From: Nitrospirales bacterium
GTDB taxonomy: Bacteria; Nitrospirota; Nitrospiria; Nitrospirales; UBA8639
DNA length: 64,000 nucleotides
Direction of reading: 5' to 3'
Assembly: GCA_965203295.1 (NCBI GenBank)
Contig: CBDBCZ010000010.1
Location: forward strand, 192,001 to 256,000
The notes beneath the pieces were generated by a model. The model made no database searches, had not been told where the DNA came from, and saw only the letters and a list, made by a program, of their open reading frames with translations. Below are positions 1-11,799 of this stretch, piece after piece. The translations under genes were made by a program, and so were the position numbers. Positions within the stretch are counted from its first letter, which is position 1, and each line of letters begins with the position of its first letter.

Positions 1-574
1 CCATTTCTGTAGTAGGTCTGGTTGAAACAAAATCATGGTTTCCTGTTGAAACAGAACGAATAGAGCCATTCATGAACAACACTGCATGAGCGTTCAATTG
101 AACATAACACAACGCACCAAATTCCAAATCTTCAAAGGGCTCCACTTCACCATCATCCAAGTTTACAATAGGGGGAGCGTCTATGCCATGAGTCTGAGGA
201 GGGCAGCCCGATGAAGTTGCATCTCCATCTTCATTGAAATCCAAATCATCAACAGGAAAATCACCTGTACCACAAACAAACTTCGTTTTATTAATGGGAA
301 ACTTCTGGAGCATGCACCAGCTAAGGGGTAGGATGCTATAAAGTAGGAAAGGGCTAAGGGAAACCGCAGACAGCAGCAGTACGTTCTTGTGGAGCGTTAA
401 TTAGAAAAAGTATCGTACGAAGACTCAGAGAAGAGACTCACAGCCGTCCAACTCTCTTCTCTTTATCCACTGGTCGGAACTGCAGTCGTAATAAATTCGT
501 CTGTGAGCAAGGAACGTTTTTCTTGATACCCAGAAACTGCAGTGATTGCAGTACTGTTTTTCCTTTCCAGCCAT
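1..574 (-). pseudogene. 5' end of a probable CACTA (Tnp2-like) transposase gene running off the window
   Basis: ATG at 574. MAGKEKQYCNHCSFWVSRKTFLAHRRIYYD..W resembles the C2H-type N-terminus of animal EnSpm transposases. Stop at 425-427. Catalytic core not in the window. Confidence 0.55.
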
Positions 575-719
575 AATTAGTGGCGCATTAATAAGAGCGG
601 ATACGCTTAGAATGTGACATCGGAATGAGATTCTGGTCCACACGTGACTCGTACATTTTAGCGCCAAACTTGGCTGAGATTTGCTGTAGCTGTTCCCTTC
701 GAAACCGAAACGGTCAAGC

Positions 720-3700
720 ATGGATATATCGGATGCAAGTGACGTTGATCTCTTCGACAACGAGGAAAGGGCTAGTTCGCCAGAGATACCTGTCCAAACC
801 TCGAAGTCTTTCTACGGCTCGACTAGTATGCGACGCGGCTCTTCATCCCATTCAGGCGTCCCCGTCACCCCAGCGGCCGAAAGCAGTAAGTCTGGGCAGC
901 AACCCTTCACTGGGCATGTCGACTGTAATCAGACTCCACATGGAAAAAGCAAACAGCAGAAGCAAGTTCGTAGGGGGACTCCAAGCAGTGGGGTACACTC
1001 TGAGTTCTTGACACGGTCATGCAGCAATGAAACTCCACAGCTGCCTTCTGAGTCCCTCAGTAGGCGTATCCGTAAGCGCGATATATTCCGCTCAAGCTAC
1101 AGCGATGAGTCCAGTGACTCTGAAGAAGACACTGTACTGAGCAAAAGCAGTCAAAAGAAGAAAAGAAGTGCACATGGGGACATCCAGGAAAACCTTAAGG
1201 AGATGAAAGGCATGCTGAAGATGTTCTGCGAGAAAGTGGGAAAAAATGAAAGATGCCTGAAAGAGCTTCAGAATCTTCAGCAGTCCAGGTTAGTGGAATG
1301 GTCTTTCCCATGGCAGCCATAGGACTTCCCTGGGCATGCAGGGCTGTTCATTAATGCTTTTAAGTAAACCACAGATTGGTTACAATGCAAACTTTGCGTG
1401 GGTACAAGTCAAGTACAGTAGTAGGGTGTGTTGGCTGTAAGCTTTATTTGGCTTCATATTAAACTAACCACTTTTTTTTCTGGAGGGCCAGTTGCTTTTC
1501 TGTACTATCCAAAAATGATTTTTTTGTGTTCCTATCCTATTAACTTGGAATACGGTGTACAGGAGTGTGGTGCTAGCCTATTACTATAAGAATTACTCTC
1601 ATTGTATAGGCAAACTCCCTCAAGCTCCTCAGGTTGTGATAGCAGTGCTTCACTCAAGCGCCGAACTATTCCCCTAGTCGTTCGTGTAAGTTTCTCCTCT
1701 TTTGAGTACATACTGTAGAAATGAGTAAGTACAACTCTATTTTCTTGAGCACTGTATTTGAGGCTAAATGGTAAAATTTCGGTATGTTCCTTTCTAACTG
1801 TTTACCTGCTGATTCTCTATATTCACTGCTATACTTAACATGGTAGCGAAAGAGTAACCAGATGCAATGCCACACCAATATCGCGTTGTGAAATTCCTTA
1901 CCCCTTGTGTGTTGCCACTGGCCTGTGCGTTTTTCTCTTTCTGATTATTTTGTTGCTGTGTATTCCCATCCGTAATGCAGCAAGAGGTCCGGAAGGTGTA
2001 CACTACATTAATTGATGAAGATGACGATTTTGATGGCTGGTATTTTGCTCTTGGGTAAGCAGTGATTGGTGCTTTGCATTTCTTTGCTACATGGTTGTTA
2101 GTACAAATTAATATTAAGTTTGCACCTTGAGTACCTAGCCTTTCAACTTAGTTTCAAACTGTGGCTTCTTACTGCTACTGTGAATTGCAGTTCCCTTTGA
2201 ACAGCAGCAGCAGCAGTAATTGGAGGTGTTGTGTTAACAGTTGAAAGGAGATAAGAGGCAGCTAATTTGATTAAATTGCTGCAGCAGTCTGATGGCAGCT
2301 GAAGGTGTTCAAAGTGAACTGAAATCCACAGTATCAAAACAATTGGTGCTCAGTATAAAACTTTGACACATGTTGACCCTTTGTGTAGTTTTGTGTAAGC
2401 ATATTCTCCTGGTATTGGCCCTCATGATTGAAAATTACCAGAATTGCGATGTACAAATCTGAATGCCCTAAAGGTACAACTACAGCTTGTATGTGATGTG
2501 ATGTAGCTGTTATCTCACACATCTTAGTGCATCCATAAAATCAGCTGAAAATCAATCAGTGGTCTCAAGGCTTCTAAAGGAGGTCAAAGGACTAAACCCA
2601 AGCTTTGATGGAGCTGATATTCGAGGTTAGTTGCTCTTTTGCTGCTCTTTTGCTGTCTGTAGTTAGTAATCAATACTGTATTCAATATTCTTTGAACATT
2701 AGCATGAAGTCCTTGCCTTAGAGCTTTGTTTCCTCTTGGAGAATAAAATGGGAAACCTGCAAATATCTGATGTGGTCATTTACAAGGCAGCTTTGAACTA
2801 ATGGTAACCACATTATACCTTCTGATCCATGTAGCGGCTGCATATTGTTTTTACAAAACAAAGTGTGAAGAAGAATCGCTCACACGGAATGGCAAAGCAG
2901 AGTCTATGAAAATCACCAGAAGGCGTAATGAGCGAATCACCAGGGTGAGTTAATCAGTCAATGCTGACAGTACATGTACATTGCACAGTGCATAGGTGAC
3001 TCATGCTTTGTGGTGGTACTGCCGTCAGTCTGATATGTCGGGCTTTGTGGTGGTATTGCCGTCAGTCTGATATGTCGGGCTTTGTGGCGATATTGCCGTC
3101 AGTCTGATATGTCGGGCTTTGTGGTGGTATTGCCGTCAGTCTGATATGTCGGGCTTTGTGGTGGTATTGCCGTCAGTCTGATATGTTGGGCTTTGTGGTG
3201 GTACTGCCATCAGTCTGATATGTCGGGCTTTGTGGTGGTATTGCCGTCAGTCTGATATGTCGGGCTTTGTGGCGGTATTGCCGTCAGTCTGATATGTTGG
3301 GCTTTGTGGTGGTACTGCCGTCAGTCTGATATGCTGGGCTTTGTGGTGGCATTGCCGTCAGTCTGATATGTCCGGGTTTGTAGTGATTTTGCTGTCAGTG
3401 TCAGGGATTGTGGTGGTGCTGCCATCGGTCTGATATGTCAGGCTTTGTGGTGGTACTACTGTCAGTCTAATGACAGTATCAGAATACCACTTGAGGTGAA
3501 AACGTTTAGGCATCTGATTGCGGAGAATTAGCATACCTTCATTGAAGCCGCTAAGTCCCACCATCTGCAGTGACTGGAGCTGATGGTTATCTGATGGGTG
3601 TTACTTTAAGGTTGTAGAAGACTCTTCCATAGAATGGGGTTAATTGCTGTTTGGGAGAGGGGGGGTTAATTTTTAACACATGGGTGACCAGCAACCATGA

Positions 3701-4025
3701 TATTTCCCTGCAGAAGCGGAAGGAGAGAGAGGCCGCCATACTAAAGAACAGTAGATTGACCGAAGACCAGCGGGCTAAGTGGCTCTCAGTCATGACTAAT
3801 GACTATATGTCCTCTGAAGAGAGTGAAGAAGACGATGTTATGACTATCCACCCCATCCCATGGAGGTCCGAGCATGTGAACCAAATGTTCCAGAGGATTG
3901 ATTCCTTCTGCAATAGCAGGAAGTCACCTCAAGCAAGGAGGCAGATGAAGCAGAGGACCACTGGGAGGCCTTCGAACCGCACTCAACCAAGCTCCGCCCC
4001 AGAGTTTGCAGTCCGGGCCTCTTAG
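720..4025 (+). CDS. Spliced CACTA accessory ORF (ORF2)
   Basis: Apparent GT-AG exons at about 720-1288, 1610-1685, 1981-2053, 2508-2625, 2834-2944 and 3711-4025. The last exon, YMSSEESE..PIPWRSEHVNQMFQRID..SPQARRQMKQR, is the C-terminal motif typical of EnSpm-associated ORF2 proteins. Confidence 0.65.
3006..3467 (+). repeat. 37-bp minisatellite, about 12 copies, in the last intron of ORF2
   Basis: Unit GGGCTTTGTGGTGGTATTGCCGTCAGTCTGATATGTC, contiguous with no spacers, decaying at the right end. Confidence 0.95.
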
Positions 4026-4734
4026 CTCATCTCAAACCAACGGACAAGGTGATTTTTCGGACTGATTAATTTATTTACTTGCTGCTAATTTATTTTACCA
4101 CTTGATCTTAAGCTTATTGAATTGTCATCACGGTGATTATGTTGCAAACTTGTATTTCGTTTTTGTATCATGTTTATTATTAATCATTTCATACGCGTTT
4201 TTGAAGTATTAATACTCATTGACATTTTAGCTGATGGAAATGTGATGTGGAATATCATTCAGGAAATGCATCAGAAATTTGGAACAGGATACATAATATT
4301 ATATGTAAATTTCAGCTGCTGGAAATTTTGTATGCATGGAATGTCAGTGTTAGTAAATGGCTTGGAAATATGGAATGTCAGGAACAGAAAATGTGGTAAG
4401 GCATATGACATTTTGGTGGTCGTGGAATCTGATATTTTAGTGCCCGAAATGTCATTGGTCATGTAGAGGTAATCCTCTAGAAATATGTAATGTCAGCAAC
4501 AGGAAATGTGGGAGGGAATGTGAAATTTTGGTGCATCAGGAAATGTCACATTTTGGAACAGGAAATGTCAGCTTTCGTGTACAGGAAATTGCGCCCTATA
4601 CTATACCACCCTGTATCAGGAAATGTGAAGGAAATTTACAGATTTCAGGTAGTCTGACATACGGCTGGGATTTGGGCTGACAGCCACCTTTCATGCACCA
4701 ATACTGCAGAAGGAAATTCAACTTTTTTCCAGTG

Positions 4735-5095
4735 GTAGATGTCTAGGACAGGGGGGATCCCTTAGACTGGTCCTCTCTGTCCCCTGTGGACCAGGGGACT
4801 GGATGGACATGAGGAATGAGGGTAGATGTCTGGGACAGGGGGTATCCCTTATACTGTTCCTCTCTGTCCCCTGAGGACCAGGGGACTGGACGGACATGAG
4901 GAGTGAGGGTAAATGTCTGGGACAGGGGGGATCCCTTAGACGGGGCCTTTCAGGTCCCCTTTAGAGACAGGGCAGATATTGGGAGTGAGAACATGGGGGA
5001 GATCCACTGTACTACCTCTCTAGTCCTCTGAGGACTGTAGGATGGAACAGAAGGGACAAGGATATTGATGGCAATTCTGGACAGTACTCCACTAC
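4735..5095. repeat. 87-bp tandem repeat (about 2.5 copies) plus diverged related sequence
   Basis: GTAGATGTCT(A/G)GGACAGGGGG..ATCCCTTAGACT.. starts at 4735, 4822 and 4909. Confidence 0.85.
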
Positions 5096-5228
5096 GCAGC
5101 TGGATCACCATGGCAGTGCTGCAGGCTGGGCAGCTTGTCTGCGAGGAAAGCAGGTTCTTTTGCTGGAACCATAATATCTGCTCATCTATGTCTGCAAAAA
5201 TAACTGGACCAAGATCCAAGATACTCAT
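5090..5228 (-). pseudogene. Possible N-terminal fragment of a Merlin/ISXO2-like transposase
   Basis: ILWFQQKNLLSSQTSCPACSTAMVIQLR has the LL..CPxC..M pattern. Short, with no catalytic core. Confidence 0.35.
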
Positions 5229-5664
5229 CTTTATAGCGTTTGCTGCGTTCGTTTTACCGTGCTAGCGTATGATTGGTGAACTTTGCATGAGCTACGCCCA
5301 CATGATTGCTGCAAACGTGCAATGCCCACGCATGAGATACACCCAGAGTCATAATGTGCCAGTGCCCGGCGCTAATTGCGCCCATGCAGTCACGTGACCA
5401 CGCCCTCACACGTGCATTACTTGTATGGCTTTCCGCATCCGCTATGGCGTCTGGTCCGTCTGCTATAGTTGATGCCTTTTTTCTATTATCAATGGTGGAA
5501 CTAGTTGCAGGACTAGAATATACTGCTTAGCCCTTGGATAGTCCCGAAGTGAGTTCAGTGGTATGTAGTTCTTGAAGTGTAATTACATGAAAACAACTCA
5601 GCCTACAGCTAACTGCTAGACAAGCCTAGCTCTGACGATGTGCTTTAATTAGGGTCAGGGCACT

Positions 5665-5832
5665 TGTAGAGGTCATGTATTTTGGGTTTTGTAATGTTAC
5701 GTAACACTTACCTTGTACTTCGACCTTTTCTAGCATGGACTTAATTTTTAGGTAGCACGGCCTCATGGTTGACTGACATTGTACTTGTGTATAGATCATT
5801 TGAATAAAGTTGGCTAAACCCTAACAACTTCA
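5665..5832 (+). repeat. 5' LTR of Gypsy element 1
   Basis: Matches 8875-9044 with 7 substitutions and one 2-bp indel by my count. Contains AATAAA. Confidence 0.97.
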
Positions 5833-5834
5833 AT

Positions 5835-5850
5835 TGGTGACCCCGACGTG
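5835..5850 (+). other. Primer-binding site complementary to the tRNA-Trp 3' end
   Basis: TGGTGACCCCGACGTG, 2 nt after the LTR. Confidence 0.8.
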
Positions 5851-5912
5851 CGACTCCAACCGCCACGCTGTCTCGAGAACGACCAGAGGAAGCCCCAGAT
5901 ACCGGAACGACC

Positions 5913-6648
5913 GTGGCAGCCGTCAATATCAAGATTCCGCCATATTGGGCCTCAGATCCCCAGGTATGGTTCGCCCAAGTTGAGGCTCAGTTTGCCACGC
6001 GTGGCATCTCTGCTCAGAAAACCAAGTATGATTACGTCGTTGCCTCCTTGGTGCCGGAAATAGCCACTGAGGTCCGCGATCTTATCCTGACCCCGCCTGT
6101 CGACACACCGTACGATACGTTGAAGGCACAACTGATCGGCCGTACCGCCGCGTCCGAGCAGAAGTGCCTGCAGTTGCTGCTGACCGCAGAGGAACTCGGT
6201 GACCGTAAGCCCTCACAACTGCTACGCCGGCCGGATGCAGCAGTTGATGGGTGACAAACGCATCGATGACTCACTCGTTCGTGAGCTCTTTCTTCAGAGG
6301 TTGCCCACCAACGTGCGCATGGTTCTGGCATCCGCAGGACCCACCATGGGTCTCAATGATCTCGCTCAACTGGCCGATAAGATCATGGAGGTCGCTGTGC
6401 CCTCCGTCGCTGCCCTGACCACATCCCCGTACGCCGCAGAGCTCGACCAACTGCGCGCAGAGGTAGCAGGCTTCACCAAGCTCGTCAAGTCCCTCTCCTT
6501 ACCAGCGCTCAGGCCGCGAGGGTCATCTCGACGCGGTTCCCCTAGCCCTTCCAGACCACCTTAGCCTGCGGTACGCCGGTACGGGGAAAAAGCGCAGAAG
6601 TGCCGCCCACCCTGCACAAAGTCGGAAAACGGCTCGGCCAGCCGCTGA
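5913..6648 (+). pseudogene. gag: gag of Gypsy element 1
   Basis: [52 protein letters not shown]. Frameshift near 6232 and a stop at 6562-6564. Confidence 0.9.
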
Positions 6649-8839
6649 TGGCGGTGAGCGCTGCTGGCCACACCCAGAGTCGCCTATTTTTTGTTACTGA
6701 CTACGCAAATGGTTTTCGTTTCCTTGTAGATACCGGTGCTGAAATCAGCGTCATTCCCCCGTCACGCACTGATCGTCTGCATCGACAAGGCAATCAATTC
6801 CTGCAAGCAGTCAATAACACGTCCATCGCGACCACATTTCAATGGGTTTTCACTGTCGCTGACATCAAAAACCCCATTCTCGGTGCCGACTTCTTGCAGC
6901 ACTTTGGCCTCTCGGTGGATGTTGGCCGGAAACGTCTGTCTGATGCATTGACACATCTCAGTGTCAACGGTATTGCATCTCAGACCACCTCGCCTAGCCT
7001 CACACTCCTACCGAAGAAACCGGCAAACGAGTTCCAAGCTATCCTCCTTGAGTTTCCGACCTTGCTGCGCCCCCAGACTGGTGATTGCGAAGTCAAGCAT
7101 GGTGTCACACACCACCTCCAGACGAAAGGCCCACCTGTCAAGGCACGAACTCGACGCCTGCCCCCAGAACGCCTGAAAGTGGCTCGACGCGAATTCGAAC
7201 ATATGCTGCAACTTGGGATAGTCCGACCCTCCTCTAGCACTTGGGCGTCACCTCTCCACATGGTCCCTAAAAAGGCCCCAGGAGACTGGCGACCGTGCGG
7301 GGATTATCTTGCGCTGAACAATGCCACCGTTCCTGATCGATATCCCATCCCGCATATCCAAGATTTTACAGCAACACTGCACGGAGCAACCATTTTCTCC
7401 AAGCTCGACCTTGTCCGAACGTACCATCAGATTCCGATGGAGCCAGACGACATCCCGAAGACAGCAATTACCACCCCGTTCGGCTTGTTCGAATTCACAC
7501 GAATACCCTTCGGCCTTCGAAATGCGGCCCAAACCTTTCAAAGATTCATGGACGACGTCTTGAGAGGTCTGCATTTCGCCTATGCGTATGTTGATGACAT
7601 TCTCATCGCCAGCACCAGCAGAGATGAACATCTCCATCACTTGCGCCTGGTCTTTGAACGCCTCAGCAACTTTGGCATGGCGGTCAACCCAAGCAAATGC
7701 GTGCTGGGCATGCCAGAGTTGAACTTTCAAGGCCATCGCGTGGATTGCCACTCTCCCACCCTGGTGTGCGGGCAACGCAACGCCTAATCACCAGTCGGTA
7801 TGTTTGGCCTAGCATCAATAAGGACGTGCGGAACTGGGCCCGAGCCTGCATACCATGCCAGAGATCAAAAGTCCAGCGACACACAGTAACACCGCTGTCG
7901 ACATTCGCCGCCCCAGATGCGCGCTTTTCAAAGGTACACATTGACCTGGTGGGTCCTCTTCCCCCGTCGCAAGGCTACACTTATCTCGTAACTTGCATAG
8001 ACCGGTTCACTCGCTGCCCCGAAGCATTTCCGATATCAACCATAACGGCCGAGACTGTCGCACGTGCGTTCGTCACGGGTTGGATAGCGCGCTTTGGCAC
8101 TCCAGCCACGCTAACTACGGACCGAGGTTCACAGTTTGAGTCAGCATTGTGGAGGGAGCTCATGGGACTCCTAGGAACAAGCCGTATCCGTACTACTGCA
8201 TACCACCCATCCGCCAATGGGATGGTCGAGCGTTTTCATCGACAACTTAAGGCAGCCCTTAAAGCCCAACCCTATCCAGATCGTTGGATGGAAGCTCTCC
8301 CAACAGTACTCCTGGGGATTCGCACAGCAGTGAAACGTGACATTGGCTGTAGTTCTGCGGAGTTGGTTTATGGCACAACATTACGGCTGCCAGGAGAGTT
8401 CCGCGATTCCACCTTGGATACCTCCACAGCTGATCCGGTCACCTACGCAACTCGCCTGCGATCAGCTATGCAACACTTTCAGCCCCCACCAGTACGCACC
8501 CAGGCAAATCGCACAGTGCATCTTGACAACAACTTGCGTACAGGTTCACATGCCTTCATCCGCCACGATGCCCGCCGTAAATCTCTACAACCTGTTTATG
8601 ATGGTCCGTTCAAGATCCTTCAGCGATCGGATAAACACTACACTATGGATGTGCATGGCCGTCGTGAAGTCATCTCCCTTGACCGGCTCAAGCCTGCACA
8701 TTACGACCCTCCACCCGACTCAGTGGACTCTAAACCCGTTACTCCCACGCCCCCCTCCGTTGCACTCTCTCCTTCGTCACCGCCACCCTGTGTGACTCGC
8801 TCAGGCCGACACGTACATTGGCCTCAACGTTTTCTTTAA
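6600..8839 (+). pseudogene. pol: pol of Gypsy element 1 (protease, RT, integrase)
   Basis: Protease [22 protein letters not shown] and YVDD. Abrupt jump near 7750 into the integrase zinc finger (HPG..CIPC). DDE core (HIDLVGP, TTDRGSQF, NGMVERFH) and a GPF module. Confidence 0.95.
6624..6669 (+). promoter_or_regulatory. Probable gag-pol -1 frameshift signal
   Basis: GGAAAAC (one change from GGGAAAC) followed by the stem GGCCAGC...GCTGGCC. Pol is in the -1 frame relative to gag here. Confidence 0.65.
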
Positions 8840-8874
8840 CTTTATCGTTCGTCTCCTCACTGGAGGGGGAGTAC

Positions 8875-9044
8875 TGTAGTGGTCATGTATTTTGGGTTTT
8901 GTAATGTTACGTAACACTTATCTTGTACTTTGACCTTTTCTAGCATGGACTTAATTTTTAGGTAGCACGGCCTCGTGGTTGACTGACAGATTGTACTTGT
9001 GTATAGATTGTTTGAATAAAGTTGGCTAAACCCCAACAACTTCA
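8875..9044 (+). repeat. 3' LTR of Gypsy element 1
   Basis: Direct repeat of 5665-5832. Confidence 0.97.
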
Positions 9045-9249
9045 CACTCAGTACATGGAGTACGGTAATACTCCATATGTAGGGATGGCACGGGAAAAAA
9101 TGGCGGCCCCATATAACGCGTACTAAATTATACGTTCAGAACTCGGCTCTGATTATAGTCATAAACTTTTATGACCCAAACCATGACAACTCGAGTGTTT
9201 TCATCAGCAACAGGACTGTTAGCAGTGGTAGAAAGCTTCGCTTCAGTAC

Positions 9250-9573
9250 CATACGGAGGGGGGGGGGGGCAAATCGACTATCTATTCGTCTTTGTTTCTT
9301 TCTTCAGCCAGGCTAGCACAATGATGGCTGAAGCAATCACAATGATTCAAGCACGAACAAGCTGGATATTCTCTGGGGTATTGCACTCATAGCATAGCTT
9401 TTTCAGAGAAATCGAATAGGTTCAGCAGTGATTCACGAGTACTCCCAAGTGGATGCTTGCCGTTCCACACCATTTAGTGACTAGTGTTCTGTTCCGTTTC
9501 GTTCCGACTTCGCGTGTTCGTCTATTTAACGCCTACCTTTGATCGTGCCAGCTGTCCGGGTGGGCCTGAGATG
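9250..9573 (+). repeat. Interspersed repeat; inverted diverged copy at about 12925-13215
   Basis: GCTTGCCGTTCCACACCATTTA..GTGTTCGTCTATTTAACGCCTAC..TTTGATCGTGCCAGCTGTCC matches the reverse complement of 12950-13060. Homology resumes after Gypsy element 2 (11559-11575). Confidence 0.85.
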
Positions 9574-11558
9574 TGTAACATGGGACTAAATGCGTATATG
9601 TTTGAGCACTTATCATTTCCTTCCTTATTATTATTTCTTGTATTACATCATTTGTGATAGGAAGCACTTGGTCTGATTGAAAAAAATGGTGAAACTGTGG
9701 TCAAACCTGTTCACGTACAGAGCGTGCTAGCCGAAAGCAGCGTCGCAATTGGAGGTCCTGCCGAGACCATAGTGCGAGGATCAAGTGGATTGTGCGTAAG
9801 GCTCACTGTCATGCCGACGAAGGTTGAACTAAAGCAAGAAATCGAGGAATTGTCCGGAAGCCATCGACAGGCCGAACCGAAGCAGTACGAAGCTCTGGAG
9901 CGAACAGAGTGAGTAGACTTGAGGTCGGAAGAGCTGCAAGGCAAGAATGAGCACCTACAAAAGAAACTCGAAGCTTTTGAGAGCCACGAGGCAACCGGCG
10001 ACGGGGAGGAGTCTACCGCGGTAATAAGAGTCACATGCGGTGGCTGGAGGAGGAGCTAGAGAAGGCGCGTGACGAAATTGATCGTATGGAGTGGCAACTA
10101 GAAGTTGTGTGCAAGGATACGAAGTTGTGTGTTGCCCGTGCCAGAGAGGGAGTGGAACACAAGAAAGAGCTGGACCCGAGATGAACTCGTTGCTTTGTTA
10201 AAGGAGAAGGTACAGCAGCTTACAAAAGTTTAAACCTCCTCAAAGCCGGCACCGGTTGTGTCCGTCTCAGGGAGCAGGTCGGAGAGCCCTGTGGTTTCTG
10301 TGGTGACAGCAACAGCAACGAAGGTCTGCGAAGAGATCTCGAAGGAAAAGGTCGCAGCAACTAGCAGCAGGAGTACACGGATGACTCTGCCGACGTTGTC
10401 CCCCTTCACTGGTAAAGACAGTAAGGGTGATGGAGAGTCCTTTAATCGATGGATATGACGACTAGAGAGACATGCTGAACTGGAGCAGTGGAGTGAACGT
10501 GAGAAACTAGTGTACCTGGAATTAAGGTTGAAGGGGCAAGCGAAGCGATTGTTCGAGGTGCTACCCGATGAAGTGAAGAAGAGCTACAGCTCTGCAGTGA
10601 AAGGCCTGAGGAAGCGTCTACCGCTTGTCAGAAGGGACGCTTTATTGTCTGCCCAACTGAAGAAGCGGAAGCAGAAAGCGGGAGAGACCGTTGACCAGTA
10701 TGCACAAGACTTCAAGAGATGATGGCCAAGCATACAAGAGAGTTTGGTCCGGATTGGGATTTACAACACACTTAGCTTACCGTTCAAAGCCACATGCGTC
10801 CACTGGAGAGTCACCCTTTAGTCTTATGTATGGGCGAGACCCTCGTTTGCCTACGGAGACTTGTCTGTCACCGCCACGGTTCAAGTACAATGTGGAAATG
10901 CAGGATTACTGCAGTGACCTGCACCAGGCAATGAGTTCGATCTGGCAGGCTGCCAGGAAGAGTGTCGTCGAAGCCCAGAAACGTCAAAAGAGACAATACG
11001 ATAAGAAGGCTGTGAAGCACCACTATCAAATTAGAGAGAGAGTCATGGTGTACATGCCCTGGGAGAAAACTGACAAGAAACGGGAATTGGCCCTTCCATA
11101 TTATGGACCTTACGGGATCATTGATGTTCTCCCAAATGGACTGTCTGTAAGGCCAGTCGACAAGGTGGATGAGAAACCCATCTTGGTAAATGTTGATTGT
11201 GTCACACTATGTCCGCAAGAACTGCTGGATGAGACATGGCTGGGTCCAAGGAAGAGACGTTCAGTTCGCATCCACAAGCGAAAACAAAAGTCGAAGTCCG
11301 TTTCACAACCACAGCACTGATATGAACTCCGATCCCGAAGTGACGTGCCACATGAGGACATATACTAAAGTAGGGAGCGGGTGATGTAACAAGAGACTAA
11401 ATGCGTATATGTGTTGGAGCACTTATCATTTCCTTCCTTATTATTATTTCCTGTATACGTCATTTGAGACAGGAAGCACTTGGTCTGATGGAAAAAATGG
11501 TGAAACTGTGGTCAAACCCGTTCACGTACAGAACACGCTAGCCGAAAGCAGCGTCGCA
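9574..11558 (+). mobile_element. Gypsy LTR retrotransposon 2, non-autonomous deletion derivative (~2 kb)
   Basis: LTRs at 9574-9747 and 11385-11558. TSD GATG. PBS TGGAGGTCCTGCCGAGA (tRNA-Gln-like) at 9750. Purine tract before the 3' LTR. Decayed gag (about 9811-10720) joined to the integrase C-terminus (LAYRSKPHASTGESPFSLMYGRDPRLP..YYGPY). Confidence 0.95.
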
Positions 11559-11713
11559 GATGCATCTCCTGGTTCATCACTTCATATGTTACACAAAATT
11601 GTAGCTACAATACACTTACTCACATGGCTATGTTGGTTGGCCCCATTCCAAACGACTTCAGGCCAAAGGTACTGACTGTTTAAGTGAGGGGGTGTCTGAA
11701 GAGTCGGATTTAC

Positions 11714-11755
11714 TAGTCTCGTGGGCCAGACCCACAGGTCTGGCCCGCGAGACTA
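11714..11755. mobile_element. 42-bp palindromic TAG..CTA mini-element (Academ-like termini)
   Basis: TAGTCTCGTGGGCCAGACC-CACA-GGTCTGGCCCGCGAGACTA. Flanks GGA-TTTAC and GGAGTTTAC resemble a 9-bp TSD. Confidence 0.65.
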
Positions 11756-11799
11756 GGAGTTTACTTTGGTGTCTAAGCATTTCTGTCTGTCTTCGTTAT

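Larger units (their letters stand above)
1..4734. mobile_element. CACTA/EnSpm-type DNA transposon, right-hand part (left end outside the window)
   Basis: Ends in TTTTTTCCAGTG at 4723-4734 (CACTG terminus on the minus strand). Preceded by many CAGGAAATGT subterminal repeats (about 4258-4640). Two divergent genes inside. Confidence 0.75.
5665..9044 (+). mobile_element. Ty3/Gypsy LTR retrotransposon, internally deleted (RNase H missing)
   Basis: LTRs at 5665-5832 and 8875-9044 (TG..CA). 4-bp TSD CACT. PBS at 5835. PPT TGGAGGGGGAG at 8861-8871. Domain order gag-PR-RT-IN. Confidence 0.97.

Noticed and set aside
3006..3467. 37-bp repeat array resembling CRISPR repeat length
   Set aside because: Units are contiguous with no unique spacers, there are no cas genes, and the array lies in a spliceosomal intron.
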